Shown here in pieces: positions 51,250-61,485 of a DNA stretch of 64,000 bases. Source of the stretch: Petroclostridium sp. X23 (GTDB lineage: Bacteria > Bacillota > Clostridia > SK-Y3); the NCBI RefSeq assembly GCF_030013905.1, contig NZ_CP124862.1:1241051-1305050 (forward strand). Direction: 5' to 3'. The position numbers and the translations under genes were made by a program. Position 1 is the stretch's first letter, and each line of letters starts with the position of its first letter. Under the pieces are notes generated by a model. That model saw only the letters and a list, made by a program, of their open reading frames with translations. It was not told the origin of the DNA and did not search any database.

Positions 51250-52682
51250 ACCATCAATATAATGGATATTGTACTTCCAACAAAAATACTCAAGCTTCCT
51301 GCAGACATATCAAACGACTGTCTCACATACATTTCAAGCATTGGTGTAAGCACAAATGCCAGCAACAGCGGTGCTTCAGGGATTTTAGCGATTTTCATGA
51401 AATATGCAATAACACCGGCGCCTACCATAAAACCTACATCAAACATGCTGTTATTAACAGAATATGTTCCCACAATACATACAGCCGAGATGATGGGTAT
51501 CATAATTGAATTCGGAACACTTACTACTCTCATAAGGATGGGAATACATGCAATGGCAATAATCAAGCATATGATATTTCCGATATACATCGACCCCATC
51601 AGTCCCCATACAAAATCAGGCCTGTCTTTAAAAAGCATCGGTCCCGGATTGAGTCCCCACATCATCAGACCTCCAAGAAGTACCGCACCGGTCCCAGAAC
51701 CTGGAATTCCCAGTGAAAGAAGCGGTGCAAACGCACCCATAGCGGCCCCATTATTCGCTGCTTCTGCAGCTGTTACACCTTCTATCGCACCATTTCCCAT
51801 CTCATCTTTATTTTTCCCCATTCTTTTTTCCATGATATACGAAAGGAATGCGGCCATGGTAGCGCCCGCTCCGGGCAGTACCCCTACAAAGCAACCGAGA
51901 ATCCCGGACCTTGCTGCAACCGGTGCTACTTTTTTAAATTCACTCTTATCTAATATACTTTCTTTAATGGTTAGTCTTTTTATTTCTTCATTTTTATAGT
52001 TTCCTCTATTGACCACCATATCGATAACCTGTCCAAATCCAAACATACCAATGACCAATGGAATAAAAGAAATACCGCTGAAAAGATAAACACTGTTAAA
52101 ACTGAATCTTGGAATTCCCAGCGCTTTATCAACGCCGACCGTTGCAAGCAAAATCCCTATTGCAGTCGCTAAAAGTCCTCCGCTCGGATCATCTCCCAGC
52201 AGCCATCCTATAGACGTGAGCGCTAGAATAATCAGCCACGTAAGCTCAGGTGATCCAAAAGACAAACCGGCTTTGGCGAGTCCCGGCCCTAAAAATGTAA
52301 GAATAATGATACCAATCGTACCTCCGATAAAAGAAGAGACACTGGCAGTAAAAAGTGCCTTTCCCGCTTTCCCCTGACGGCTCATGGGATATCCGTCCAA
52401 TGAAGTCATAACGGCCGGCGAATCCCCGGGAATGTTTAATAAAATAGCACTGAAAGAACCACCATACATATTTGAATAGTATAAAGCTGCCAGCATTATA
52501 ATTGCGGTGGTTGGATCCATTTTAAAGGTAAGGGGAAGCAGCAGGGCTACTCCTGCCAATGAACCAATCCCTGGCATCGCCCCAACAATAAGCCCCAGAA
52601 AAGCTCCAACAATAGCAGCTAAAAGATTCTGGAAGCCCAATGCTGTAATCAATCCATCCATTAAAAATTCGAGATTACCCAT
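51177..52682 (-). CDS. tctA: Tripartite tricarboxylate transporter large permease TctA
   Basis: 501 aa, polytopic, with the duplicated GxxxG-rich TctA pattern (GAMPGIGSLAGVALLLP). Confidence 0.75.
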   Translation of the reverse strand: MGNLEFLMDGLITALGFQNLLAAIVGAFLGLIVGAMPGIGSLAGVALLLPLTFKMDPTTAIIMLAALYYSNMYGGSFSAILLNIPGDSPAVMTSLDGYPMSRQGKAGKALFTASVSSFIGGTIGIIILTFLGPGLAKAGLSFGSPELTWLIILALTSIGWLLGDDPSGGLLATAIGILLATVGVDKALGIPRFSFNSVYLFSGISFIPLVIGMFGFGQVIDMVVNRGNYKNEEIKRLTIKESILDKSEFKKVAPVAARSGILGCFVGVLPGAGATMAAFLSYIMEKRMGKNKDEMGNGAIEGVTAAEAANNGAAMGAFAPLLSLGIPGSGTGAVLLGGLMMWGLNPGPMLFKDRPDFVWGLMGSMYIGNIICLIIAIACIPILMRVVSVPNSIMIPIISAVCIVGTYSVNNSMFDVGFMVGAGVIAYFMKIAKIPEAPLLLAFVLTPMLEMYVRQSFDMSAGSLSIFVGSTISIILMVCVIGFCFAPVIMKAIKKKQETVQ

Positions 52683-52736
52683 ATTCTTTTTAGCCTACTT
52701 TCTATAAAAATTTATATTCAATCATATTTTAAATCT

Positions 52737-53165
52737 CTATAACAATTCAAATATTCCTGAAGGAAGAGGAACTTTCAACCATGCGACAAAAATACCGTAT
52801 AATATCGCCGCACATGTAACTCCTGTCACTACCGACTTAGCTACATTGTACTTTTCCATGAATTTGAGCCATAAAAAAATGTAAATTGCAATAGAAATAA
52901 TCAGTCCAAATACATAAGAACCCAATATCAATCCGATCAGTGCTGCTACCGGAATAAAAGCTTTCCAGGAAAACCCGCTGGGTGATTTGTCTTTTGAATT
53001 CGCTATAAAAGCCATAATCCCGAAAATAATTGCCAATCCCCCACCCAGCACGGGCATAAAACCTCCTCCAGGACCTCTTCTAACCCATAATTCATAAACA
53101 AACAAACCTGAGTAAACACAATATATTCCTATAATTACTGAAAGCGCAGGGAAAAACTTTTTCAA
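52737..53165 (-). CDS. tctB: Tripartite tricarboxylate transporter small subunit TctB
   Basis: 142 aa with 4 TM helices, between tctC and tctA. Confidence 0.6.
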   Translation of the reverse strand: MKKFFPALSVIIGIYCVYSGLFVYELWVRRGPGGGFMPVLGGGLAIIFGIMAFIANSKDKSPSGFSWKAFIPVAALIGLILGSYVFGLIISIAIYIFLWLKFMEKYNVAKSVVTGVTCAAILYGIFVAWLKVPLPSGIFELL

Positions 53166-53317
53166 CTCAGACCCTCCTTCCTATAAAGTATTCATATCAA
53201 TATACAATTATATCATCAAATGAGAAGCGCTGCTATTATCTTTAGTAATTGCGGCACTTCTCATTCGATTCTTAAATACCTTTACTATTTTGAGATGCTA
53301 AAAATGTTCATCAATGT

Positions 53318-54358
53318 TTATTTTGAAAGGTCAACTTCCGAGAACATCTCTTCATATAGCTTGCTTTGTGCAGTAAAGAATTTCTTTGTTTCTTCAGCTG
53401 TTAAATATTTGTTGGTCATAAAGCCTTTTTCAATATAATTTTGCTTCCATTCATCGGTTTCTGTGACTTTCTTCAATAAATCTTCATAAAACTTAAGCGC
53501 TTCTGCAGACATATTCGGCGGGCCGGCAATTGCTCTTACTTCGCTTAGCTCAAGTTTATCATATCCAAGTTCTTTAAAGGTAGGCGTATCTTTGAATACA
53601 CCGCTAAGTCTTTCGCTGGAAAATGATGCAACCGGAATAAGCTCTCCTGCTTGAATCTGTGAATTACTCTCTGCAGGATTGAAGATTCCTACATCAATAT
53701 GTCCACCTAATAAAGAAGACATTACTTCTCCAGAACTGTTAAACTGTACATAAGCAGCTTTTGATCCGGTTTCTTTGTTAAACATTAAAAATGAAAGATG
53801 ATCACCGTTACCACGCTGAGAACCACCAATCTTTACGGTATCCGGGTTTTCTTTTGCTGCTTTGATAATGCTTTCAATATCTTTGTATTTGCTATCTTTC
53901 TTAACTGCAAAAACCAACTCATCAACAGCCACTGTACCGACATAAGTCAACATATCTGCCTTAACCGGAGATTTGTTAACAATTGCACTCATAACCTGTC
54001 CTGAGTGAAGTATCATTAATGTATTCGGATCACCCTTTTTACCATAGACATATGAGAATGATACCGCACCTGAACCGCCAGGCTTGTTAACAACCATAAA
54101 GCTCTTCGGTGTAAAATTATTCTTTTGTGCTAAATCCGCTATTGTTCTTGCATTCAAATCACTACCGCCACCAGCACTGGATGGTACCACAAATTCTATC
54201 TCTTTCTCTGGCACCCACGCTTTTGCAGGTTCTTCTGTCTTTGCGGGTTGTTCTGTTTTTGCAGGCTCTTCGGTCTTAACATCCGGTTTTTGAGCGCACC
54301 CTGCAAACAAACTTAAGGTTAACATCCCCACTGCTACTAAGCTTACAATCTTTCTCAT
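53318..54358 (-). CDS. tctC: TctC/Bug-family substrate-binding lipoprotein with a PAKTEEPAKTEQPAKTEEPAK linker
   Basis: Lipobox LSLFAGCAQ. Tandem 18-nt coding repeats at about 54230-54290. Confidence 0.7.
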   Translation of the reverse strand: MRKIVSLVAVGMLTLSLFAGCAQKPDVKTEEPAKTEQPAKTEEPAKAWVPEKEIEFVVPSSAGGGSDLNARTIADLAQKNNFTPKSFMVVNKPGGSGAVSFSYVYGKKGDPNTLMILHSGQVMSAIVNKSPVKADMLTYVGTVAVDELVFAVKKDSKYKDIESIIKAAKENPDTVKIGGSQRGNGDHLSFLMFNKETGSKAAYVQFNSSGEVMSSLLGGHIDVGIFNPAESNSQIQAGELIPVASFSSERLSGVFKDTPTFKELGYDKLELSEVRAIAGPPNMSAEALKFYEDLLKKVTETDEWKQNYIEKGFMTNKYLTAEETKKFFTAQSKLYEEMFSEVDLSK

Positions 54359-54481
54359 CTTACGTCCTCCTCAATAAATTTATTTTTAAATATTATGTTA
54401 AATTGCTTGTTTAAATCATTTCTAAACAAGTACAAAATTTAACATAATGATTTAACAATAGTATTCATAAATATTCAGCCG

Positions 54482-55513
54482 TTATTTAGCTTCCATTGCC
54501 ACTCTATCATATTCAGCTATCTTAGCCGCCATTTTTACTGCATTTTCCAATGCACCTGTCTTAGCAATACCTTTTCCTGCAATATCATAGGCTGTCCCAT
54601 GGGCCGCAGTCACAATAGGTGCCGGCAATCCTGCCGCAACGGTAATTCCGAATTCAAAACCTTTCAGCTTCATTGCAATCTGACCTTGGTCATGATACAT
54701 GGTAACTGCCGCATCAAACTCACCGTTAAAGGCTTTGATAAACAGAATATCTGCCGGATAAGGACCTATCACATTAATCCCTTCCTGTTGCGCTTGCTTC
54801 ATCGCCGGTCCGATCACATCGATTTCTTCTGTTCCGCATAGGCCGTTTTCTCCACCATGCGGATTGAGAGCTGCTATTCCTAATCGTGCATTTTCAATAC
54901 CCGCACGCTTTAATGTTTTATCTGCTAATCTTATTGCCCTCATAATATTCTCAGCAGTCAATTTATCACTTACTTCTTTTATAGGAATATGGCTGGTTAC
55001 ACGGGATGTCCATAAGTTATCAAGCACATTGACTTCTCCAAAAGGTTCTGTCCAGTTAAAATGATGCGCAAAAAGTGTATGCTCACTTTCAAAATCATGT
55101 CCTCCCAACTTAAGCGCTGCTTTATTTAATGGAGCAAAGCAGAAACCATGGATTTTCCCTTGTTTGTAAAGATCGATGGCAGTGATTAACATATCCCCTG
55201 CTACCTTACCGCAGATAGGATTCACCTCGCCGATTTTTATTTCTTCCGGGTTTAAGTTCTTTTGATCCAACACTTGAATCCCTTGACTCCAGTCTGCATC
55301 CTCGACACTGTCAATAACCCTACAAGGGAACTCTACCCCCGATACTTTCATCCCCATTTGAAGCACTCTCAAATCCCCTATAATTACAGGATTACAGTAG
55401 TTTTGCAATGTCCCGTTCGCGGCAATTTTTGCTACAATTTCAGGCCCTACGCCCGCCGCATCACCAAGGAGTATAGCAAGGATAGGTTTATTGCCCACAT
55501 TTGTATTATTCAT
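54482..55513 (-). CDS. PdxA-family NAD-dependent 4-phospho-hydroxyacid dehydrogenase (PdxA2-like)
   Basis: ILLGDAAGVGPEIV ... GIAALNPHGGENG ... VTMYHDQG motifs. Confidence 0.7.
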   Translation of the reverse strand: MNNTNVGNKPILAILLGDAAGVGPEIVAKIAANGTLQNYCNPVIIGDLRVLQMGMKVSGVEFPCRVIDSVEDADWSQGIQVLDQKNLNPEEIKIGEVNPICGKVAGDMLITAIDLYKQGKIHGFCFAPLNKAALKLGGHDFESEHTLFAHHFNWTEPFGEVNVLDNLWTSRVTSHIPIKEVSDKLTAENIMRAIRLADKTLKRAGIENARLGIAALNPHGGENGLCGTEEIDVIGPAMKQAQQEGINVIGPYPADILFIKAFNGEFDAAVTMYHDQGQIAMKLKGFEFGITVAAGLPAPIVTAAHGTAYDIAGKGIAKTGALENAVKMAAKIAEYDRVAMEAK

Positions 55514-55576
55514 TATTCAATTTTCTCCTTCCCTTATCTAATGACTAGACCGTTTTCTCTTACACACTATTATATA

Positions 55577-55592
55577 AGCAATAACTATGCCA
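55577..55592 (-). promoter_or_regulatory. Sigma-54 (-24/-12) promoter for the pdxA-tctCBA-isomerase operon
   Basis: Minus strand: TTGGCAT-agtta-TTGCT. GG and GC are 10 nt apart. About 65 nt upstream of the pdxA-like start. Confidence 0.6.
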
Positions 55593-55750
55593 ATTTTATT
55601 AAACGATCACAAAACAATCGATTTTTATTGTCTTTTATCACTAAACACATAAGAATTCTTGCATTAATAAGGTAGTTACTTTTATTTTTTTAATAATATT
55701 TTATAGACTTTTAGGGAAGAATAAATAGAATATATTAATAACCATTACTA

Positions 55751-55814
55751 TGAAACAAAAAAATGAAACAAATTTTAAACATTATCCGTTTCATTTTTGT
55801 TTCATTTTTGTTTT
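55751..55814. promoter_or_regulatory. AT-rich inverted repeat built from TGAAACAAA units; candidate enhancer (UAS) for the sigma-54 activator, or activator-gene terminator
   Basis: TGAAACAAAAAAATGAAACAAA ... 16 nt ... TTTCATTTTTGTTTCATTTTTGTTTT. Lies 160-230 bp upstream of the sigma-54 promoter. Confidence 0.4.
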
Positions 55815-55958
55815 ACTTTTTACTATTTACTTTTTTCCAAAAGGATCACTTATAGTGTAATGCCCCATTTTTTGCTTCTATTTTCTCTCACATCTATAAT
55901 CTCCCTAAATATTGCAAACCAATTCTGCACAATATCAATTTTAAAATAACAAGGATTT

Positions 55959-57875
55959 CTAAGATTTTTCTTTTAATCTTCTCCACAAAGTAGTCCTGCT
56001 AATGCCTAATGCTTTTGCTATATCTTCTTTACTTCTTTTTTTCACTTTTTTTAATCTTAGCAGTTCTTTCACCTCATCATCAATAAGTTGATCCGAATCT
56101 TCCAATATATTATCTGTAATAGCCTGTTTTATTTGTACTTGTGCATCGTCAACATCCAATAACTCCGCTACATCTTCCCGCGCAATACAGTTCGTATCTG
56201 TTAGGACCATAAGTCTCTCACAAATATTTCTAAGCTCTCGAATATTCCCCGGCCAGCTATATGCTTTTAATACATCTGTCGCTTCTTTCGTCATCACAGG
56301 TAATATTTTATGTGTTTCCTTGCAATATTTTTCGATATAGTATCTCGCAATATCAATAATATCTTCTTCCCTATCCCGCAGAGGAGGTATTTTGAAGTTC
56401 AATACATCCAACCTGTATAATAAATCCTGTCTAAAATCTCCATTCTTAACTTTTTCTTTTAAACTAATATTACTTGCGGATATAACACGCACATCAATAG
56501 GTATTACTTTATCATCACCGATCCTTCTTATCTCTCTCTCTTGCAATACTCTAAGCAGTTTGGCTTGAAGATTAAGAGGCAGTTCACTAATCTCATCTAA
56601 AAAAATAGTCCCCCTATGCGCAAGTTCAAACAAACCTACCTTTCCGCCTTTGGCAGCACCGGAAAAGGCACCTTCCGCATATCCGAAAAGCTCACTTTCA
56701 AGCAGATTTTCCGGTACCGCAGCACAGTTAATCGCAACAAAAGGTTGCAACGTCCTTTTACTTGCATTATGAATACTCTGCGCGAACAATTCTTTTCCTG
56801 TACCGGTTTCTCCCACCAATAAAATATTAGAGTCTACCTGGCTGTATTTATACGCAATTTGTTTTGCTTTATTGAGCGCATTACTATTTCCGATAATATT
56901 TCCAAAGGTATATTTTGCTACCAGTCCTTTATTATTTAATTCTTTTCTTATTTTGCTTTCAATATCCTGTATCTTATCAACATTTTGAAAAGTGCATACA
57001 AATCCTACATTTTGAGATTCTACTTTTATAGGAACCCAGTTACATACTACCATCGTCCCGTTAATGGGCCTTATAATACCTACTTCTTCCTGCTTCGTCT
57101 TCATGACATCCAACAAATCCGAATCGCGGATAATCTCTTTAATCGCTTGTCCTTTGACCTTTCTATTTAAAGGAATGTTCAATGTCCTATATGCTGCTCT
57201 ATTAAAATTGTTTATAATCCCATCTTGGTCGAAAGCAACAATCGCTTCCTTCGCGTTATCGAGTACAATATTTACAAGTTCAGCCTTTCCTCTTTCCAAC
57301 CGGGTAGCGTAAGCAGCATTTAAAGCTTCTTTAATAGACCTTCTTATTGCTTCTTCTCCTGTTTTAATCCGTATGCAATTCCATCCCATTTCCTCAGCCA
57401 TATTACACGTGGTCAAACCTCCCACAATCGCATCAGCACGGAGTGTTTGCGCAGTTTTCAAAGCACCTTCAATGTCTTCTTCATCTTTTATCTTAAAAAC
57501 TTCTATATCAATCCCCATAATCTCTTTCAGACTGTCTACTTCATATATGATGGATTCGGAAGCAATAATCGCGACCTTTTTGGTGTTATACTTCTTTTTA
57601 CACTCATTGACTGCAGTAATAATGTCATAACCCGTCACAGCTATTTCAATAACAGAAACATTTTTTAAATTTTTCTTAAAAGCCAGATAAGTAATACCCC
57701 TAGCCACAACAATATCCGAACTGCATTGTTTTAAAAAGGTTTCTTGCGTTCCCAAGATATGCGCGGTCTCAAAAATAATTTTTTCATCTTCCACTTCTTT
57801 TAAATAGCTTTTAACCTTTGCTTCAATCTCTTTATATGGGATTATGAACGTTACTTTAATCATAATTGTACTCAT
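55959..57875 (-). CDS. Sigma-54-dependent transcriptional activator: PrpR-type N-terminal sensory domain, PAS, AAA+ sigma-54 interaction domain, C-terminal HTH
   Basis: Walker A GETGTGKE. GAFTGA-equivalent GYAEGAFSGA. Arginine-finger region. C-terminal Fis-type HTH (IAKALGISRTTLWRRLK). Confidence 0.8.
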   Translation of the reverse strand: MSTIMIKVTFIIPYKEIEAKVKSYLKEVEDEKIIFETAHILGTQETFLKQCSSDIVVARGITYLAFKKNLKNVSVIEIAVTGYDIITAVNECKKKYNTKKVAIIASESIIYEVDSLKEIMGIDIEVFKIKDEEDIEGALKTAQTLRADAIVGGLTTCNMAEEMGWNCIRIKTGEEAIRRSIKEALNAAYATRLERGKAELVNIVLDNAKEAIVAFDQDGIINNFNRAAYRTLNIPLNRKVKGQAIKEIIRDSDLLDVMKTKQEEVGIIRPINGTMVVCNWVPIKVESQNVGFVCTFQNVDKIQDIESKIRKELNNKGLVAKYTFGNIIGNSNALNKAKQIAYKYSQVDSNILLVGETGTGKELFAQSIHNASKRTLQPFVAINCAAVPENLLESELFGYAEGAFSGAAKGGKVGLFELAHRGTIFLDEISELPLNLQAKLLRVLQEREIRRIGDDKVIPIDVRVISASNISLKEKVKNGDFRQDLLYRLDVLNFKIPPLRDREEDIIDIARYYIEKYCKETHKILPVMTKEATDVLKAYSWPGNIRELRNICERLMVLTDTNCIAREDVAELLDVDDAQVQIKQAITDNILEDSDQLIDDEVKELLRLKKVKKRSKEDIAKALGISRTTLWRRLKEKS

Positions 57876-57933
57876 CCTTCTATATATGATACAACTAGCG
57901 GGAGTTTTATAGACATCTTATGTCATATCATCT

Positions 57934-57993
57934 TATAGGATGCGAAAAAGTGCTTGATCGTTCGGAAATTGGACTTTTTCACAACCTCCTATA
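57934..57993 (+). repeat. Copy D (short form) of the MITE-like repeat: termini only, no internal stem-loop
   Basis: TATAGGATGCGAAAAAGTGCTTGATCGttcggAAATTGGACTTTTTCACAACCTCCTATA. Confidence 0.55.
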
Positions 57994-58237
57994 GGCATGC
58001 AAATTGTTCCAGTACTCCCCCCAGTAGTTTATATACATATTACCGTATAACAAATTTCTTATCAATACTATTTTATTCCCATACAAGTGCATATTGACTA
58101 CTTCAAAAGTCTTTGCAAAAAATCACAGCATTACCCATTTGTCCCTAGGAGAGAAGCAAACTAATAATGCTGTGCTTTTGAATAAAAACGCAGTACATAT
58201 TAATAAATAACACATCATTAACATCAGATAAACCATT

Positions 58238-59461
58238 TTACCGCTTATAAATATGGCCATTTTTCATAACAAAGCTCACATTCGCAAGCACAGATACATC
58301 TTCAAGAGGATCTCCTTTCACAGCGATAATATCCGCATCTAGACCTTCGGATATACTTCCAGTTCTATCAGAGATACCGCACATTTCTGCCGCATTAACA
58401 GTCACGCCCTTTAAGGATGTCAACTTATCCGCCCCCAGACTTACAGCGTATTCCACTTCTCTATAAAGAAAAGTATGATACGCATCAGTACCAAGAGTAA
58501 ATCTCACATTACTTTTCACAACCTTTTCCAGGCACCGTATCGTACTTTCTCTTAACTTCCGAATGGTTAGAACGCTTTGTTTCGAACAAAAAGCTTCTCG
58601 GCTTGGATCCATAAAGATTCCTGACGTTAGATTGACCCACCTGTTATTTTTTTCAATCAATTCGATGTCATCTTCGGTGGCAGCATATGCATGTTCTATC
58701 ACATCTACGCCCGCTTCTATGCAGTCTTTTAAACCCTGCCCGCCGATACAATGCGCTGCAGTTTTTAAATCCATGCTTTTTCCCTCTTCAACAACAGTCT
58801 TGATTTCATCAACAGTAAGAAAATGAGGTATAAAACTACTATTTACAGAAGGCATTCCCGGGGTTACAAATACTTTCAGCAAATCTACTCCCTTTGCCAT
58901 ATTTTCTCTCGCGGTCCTTCTAAACTCCTCTACACCGGCATGGCCCATTCCAACATAACCATGTCCGTGTACACTTCTCATACCAATCCCCGACACCAGA
59001 AGGTTAGGCCCTATAACATCACCTTTTTGGATTTGATGCTTGAAAACAACATCGATATAATGCCGGTCACCCATGCAGCGTGCAGTGGTAACCCCGGACA
59101 TTAAATCGTCTTTTAAAGTCTTCATAGATCTGATGGTCAATTCACATTCACTGTCATTCATCATTTCTAAATGATCCGGAACCCTCGCGTCCAGAGCAAC
59201 ATGGTTATGACATTCAATCATCCCCGGCATAAGGGTTACATTGCCTAGTTCAATGATTTCACATGATTTAACATCTTCCTTTAAAAACGCCTCTTCGGCC
59301 AGTACCTTCAATATTTTTCCGTCTTTTATCAAAATACAGCCATTCTGGATTGCTTTTAAATGTCCACCAACCAGTACGGTATCTGCACATAAACCAATAT
59401 ATCCCATCATCCTATTCTCCTCTATGAATAATTTACTGCACTTTTTCCCTTTTTTTCTCAT
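58238..59461 (-). CDS. Amidohydrolase-superfamily metal-dependent hydrolase
   Basis: IECHNHVALD (HxH), VHGHGY and HAY... motifs. The likely start is the internal MMGYIGL. Confidence 0.6.
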   Translation of the reverse strand: MRKKGKKCSKLFIEENRMMGYIGLCADTVLVGGHLKAIQNGCILIKDGKILKVLAEEAFLKEDVKSCEIIELGNVTLMPGMIECHNHVALDARVPDHLEMMNDSECELTIRSMKTLKDDLMSGVTTARCMGDRHYIDVVFKHQIQKGDVIGPNLLVSGIGMRSVHGHGYVGMGHAGVEEFRRTARENMAKGVDLLKVFVTPGMPSVNSSFIPHFLTVDEIKTVVEEGKSMDLKTAAHCIGGQGLKDCIEAGVDVIEHAYAATEDDIELIEKNNRWVNLTSGIFMDPSREAFCSKQSVLTIRKLRESTIRCLEKVVKSNVRFTLGTDAYHTFLYREVEYAVSLGADKLTSLKGVTVNAAEMCGISDRTGSISEGLDADIIAVKGDPLEDVSVLANVSFVMKNGHIYKR

Positions 59462-60923
59462 CCATCATATTCTTAATAAAAGGAAATACAAAAGAAAATA
59501 ATGTAAATGCGAAAAATATACTTGTTAATGGTCTGAAAAACATCCTCATATAATTACCCGAATACATCGTACTTACCAAAGTAAGAGATTCTTCTAACAT
59601 AGGTCCTAGCAATAACGCCAATGTTACAGGGGATACAGGGTAGTCATTTTTTACCATGATATAACCGATAACACCTGACAAAAACATCACAAGGACATCA
59701 AACATGTTTTGATTAATAGAAAATGAGCCTACGGTCGCCAAAACCACAATGACCGTTGCTAACACAGACTTAGGTATTAGCAAGATTTTACCTGCCCACT
59801 TACAATAAAGGAATCCTACAAAAAACATCAGTACATTAATAACTGCAAAGCCTATCAACAAAGTATAGACTACTGCCGCATTTTCGGTAAACAGCATCGG
59901 TCCCGGTCTCAAACCATGTATGATCATAGCGCCAAGAAAAATCGCCGCAGGAGCACTTCCGGGAATACCCAAAGTCAAAAGAGGAATCAAAGATCCACCC
60001 GTCACACCGTTATTTGCCGTTTCTGCTGCAATAATACCTTCAATAGACCCACGTCCAAACTCCTCGGGTTTTTTAGAAGCCTTTTTCGCTTCATTATACG
60101 ATAGAAAGGATGCAATATCCGGACCTGCCGCAGGAATAATCCCGATGCCTATACCAATCAAAGTAGACCGAATGAAATTTATGATATTCCCGGAAATATC
60201 GGAAATTTTCAACGTCATTTTGCTCACCTTGCTAGCCTCTACCAGTTTGCCCGCAGGCTCTTCCAGCATTTTCAGCACCTCCGGAAGTGAAAAAATACCG
60301 ATCAATACTGGAACTACCGCCAAACCACCTGTAAGCTGATATATGCCTGCTGTAAACCGAGGAAAACCCAAAACTGGGTCTTGGCCTATTGTCGCAATTA
60401 ACAGACTAAGAAATCCAACCAAAACACCCCTCAGCATATTTCCGAAGGATAGCATACATACAACGCTCAAGCCGAAAATTGCAATCATAACCTGCTCGGG
60501 TGGGCCAACCATGATCGCAATTTTAGCAAGTAATGGCGAAAACAAAAGAAGAGCAATTGCGCTTAAAAAGCCGCCAATGGTTGAGCCAAAAGTTGATAAC
60601 ACCAACGAACGCCCCGACTCTCCCTTTAATGTAAGTGCGTGTCCGTCAAACGAAGTAGGCGCCGACGCAGGCGTCCCCGGGATACCTAGAAGTATCGCAG
60701 GAATGGATCCTCCATAAACGCCGCCGCAATATATGCTGCTTAAGAGCAACAAAGCCGCTTCAGGCTCCATTACATAAGAAAACGGAACAAATACCGCTAC
60801 GCCCATCGTTGCAGAAAATCCCGGCAATGCACCAAACAACACACCAATAAATAAACCTGCCGTACAAATTAACAAGTTATATGGCTGAAACACATGCGTT
60901 AATCCCAAAAGAATATTTTCCAT
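59433..60923 (-). CDS. tctA: TctA-family permease, second locus
   Basis: Paralog of 51177..52682 (GALPGFSATMGVAVFVP). Confidence 0.75.
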   Translation of the reverse strand: MENILLGLTHVFQPYNLLICTAGLFIGVLFGALPGFSATMGVAVFVPFSYVMEPEAALLLLSSIYCGGVYGGSIPAILLGIPGTPASAPTSFDGHALTLKGESGRSLVLSTFGSTIGGFLSAIALLLFSPLLAKIAIMVGPPEQVMIAIFGLSVVCMLSFGNMLRGVLVGFLSLLIATIGQDPVLGFPRFTAGIYQLTGGLAVVPVLIGIFSLPEVLKMLEEPAGKLVEASKVSKMTLKISDISGNIINFIRSTLIGIGIGIIPAAGPDIASFLSYNEAKKASKKPEEFGRGSIEGIIAAETANNGVTGGSLIPLLTLGIPGSAPAAIFLGAMIIHGLRPGPMLFTENAAVVYTLLIGFAVINVLMFFVGFLYCKWAGKILLIPKSVLATVIVVLATVGSFSINQNMFDVLVMFLSGVIGYIMVKNDYPVSPVTLALLLGPMLEESLTLVSTMYSGNYMRMFFRPLTSIFFAFTLFSFVFPFIKNMMDEKKREKVQ

Positions 60924-60944
60924 CTTTCACATTTCCCACCTTTC

Positions 60945-61445
60945 TTATAAGTTAATATAGAACCATGTTCCTATCGGAAGAGAAACCATCAATAATCTGG
61001 TAAATATAAAATATACTAAGAACGTCATACATATAGGCAATGAGATTAGCATGGTCCGCGATTTAACCTTCAAAAATTTGAGAGAAGCAAAAATGAAAAA
61101 CATCGTAGATGCTATATAGCTGATTTTTTCAATTAAAAAAATATAAATTCCCATCATTGCAATAAAGATCATAATCGTCATTATCATTTTTTTTAAATCT
61201 TGATTTATATCTGTTGATTCCTCTTTCTTTACCATGTAAACGCCTCTAATAAAAAGCATGGTATTTATTACTGCACTGGCAACAAGCATGAACTTTGGAT
61301 ATCCCAGGGCTTCAGCCGGCACGTCTGACATTTGGAAATAGAACGCTGCAAGCACAACATAAACACCTATTGTAATACTTAACTCCGTATATGATTTCTT
61401 CATATAGCCCATCCCCCCTACTTCAATGAAGAGTGCAGGCATCAA
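60945..61445 (-). CDS. tctB: TctB-family small subunit, second locus
   Basis: 166 aa with 4 TM helices. Confidence 0.55.
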   Translation of the reverse strand: MMPALFIEVGGMGYMKKSYTELSITIGVYVVLAAFYFQMSDVPAEALGYPKFMLVASAVINTMLFIRGVYMVKKEESTDINQDLKKMIMTIMIFIAMMGIYIFLIEKISYIASTMFFIFASLKFLKVKSRTMLISLPICMTFLVYFIFTRLLMVSLPIGTWFYINL

Positions 61446-61485
61446 GCCTGCACTTTTAACTTTCTTGTAAAATCAGTACAATCCT

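Noticed and set aside
54230-54290. Tandem 18-nt repeats
   Set aside because: They encode the PAKTEEPAK linker of the TctC lipoprotein. It is a coding low-complexity repeat, not a regulatory array.
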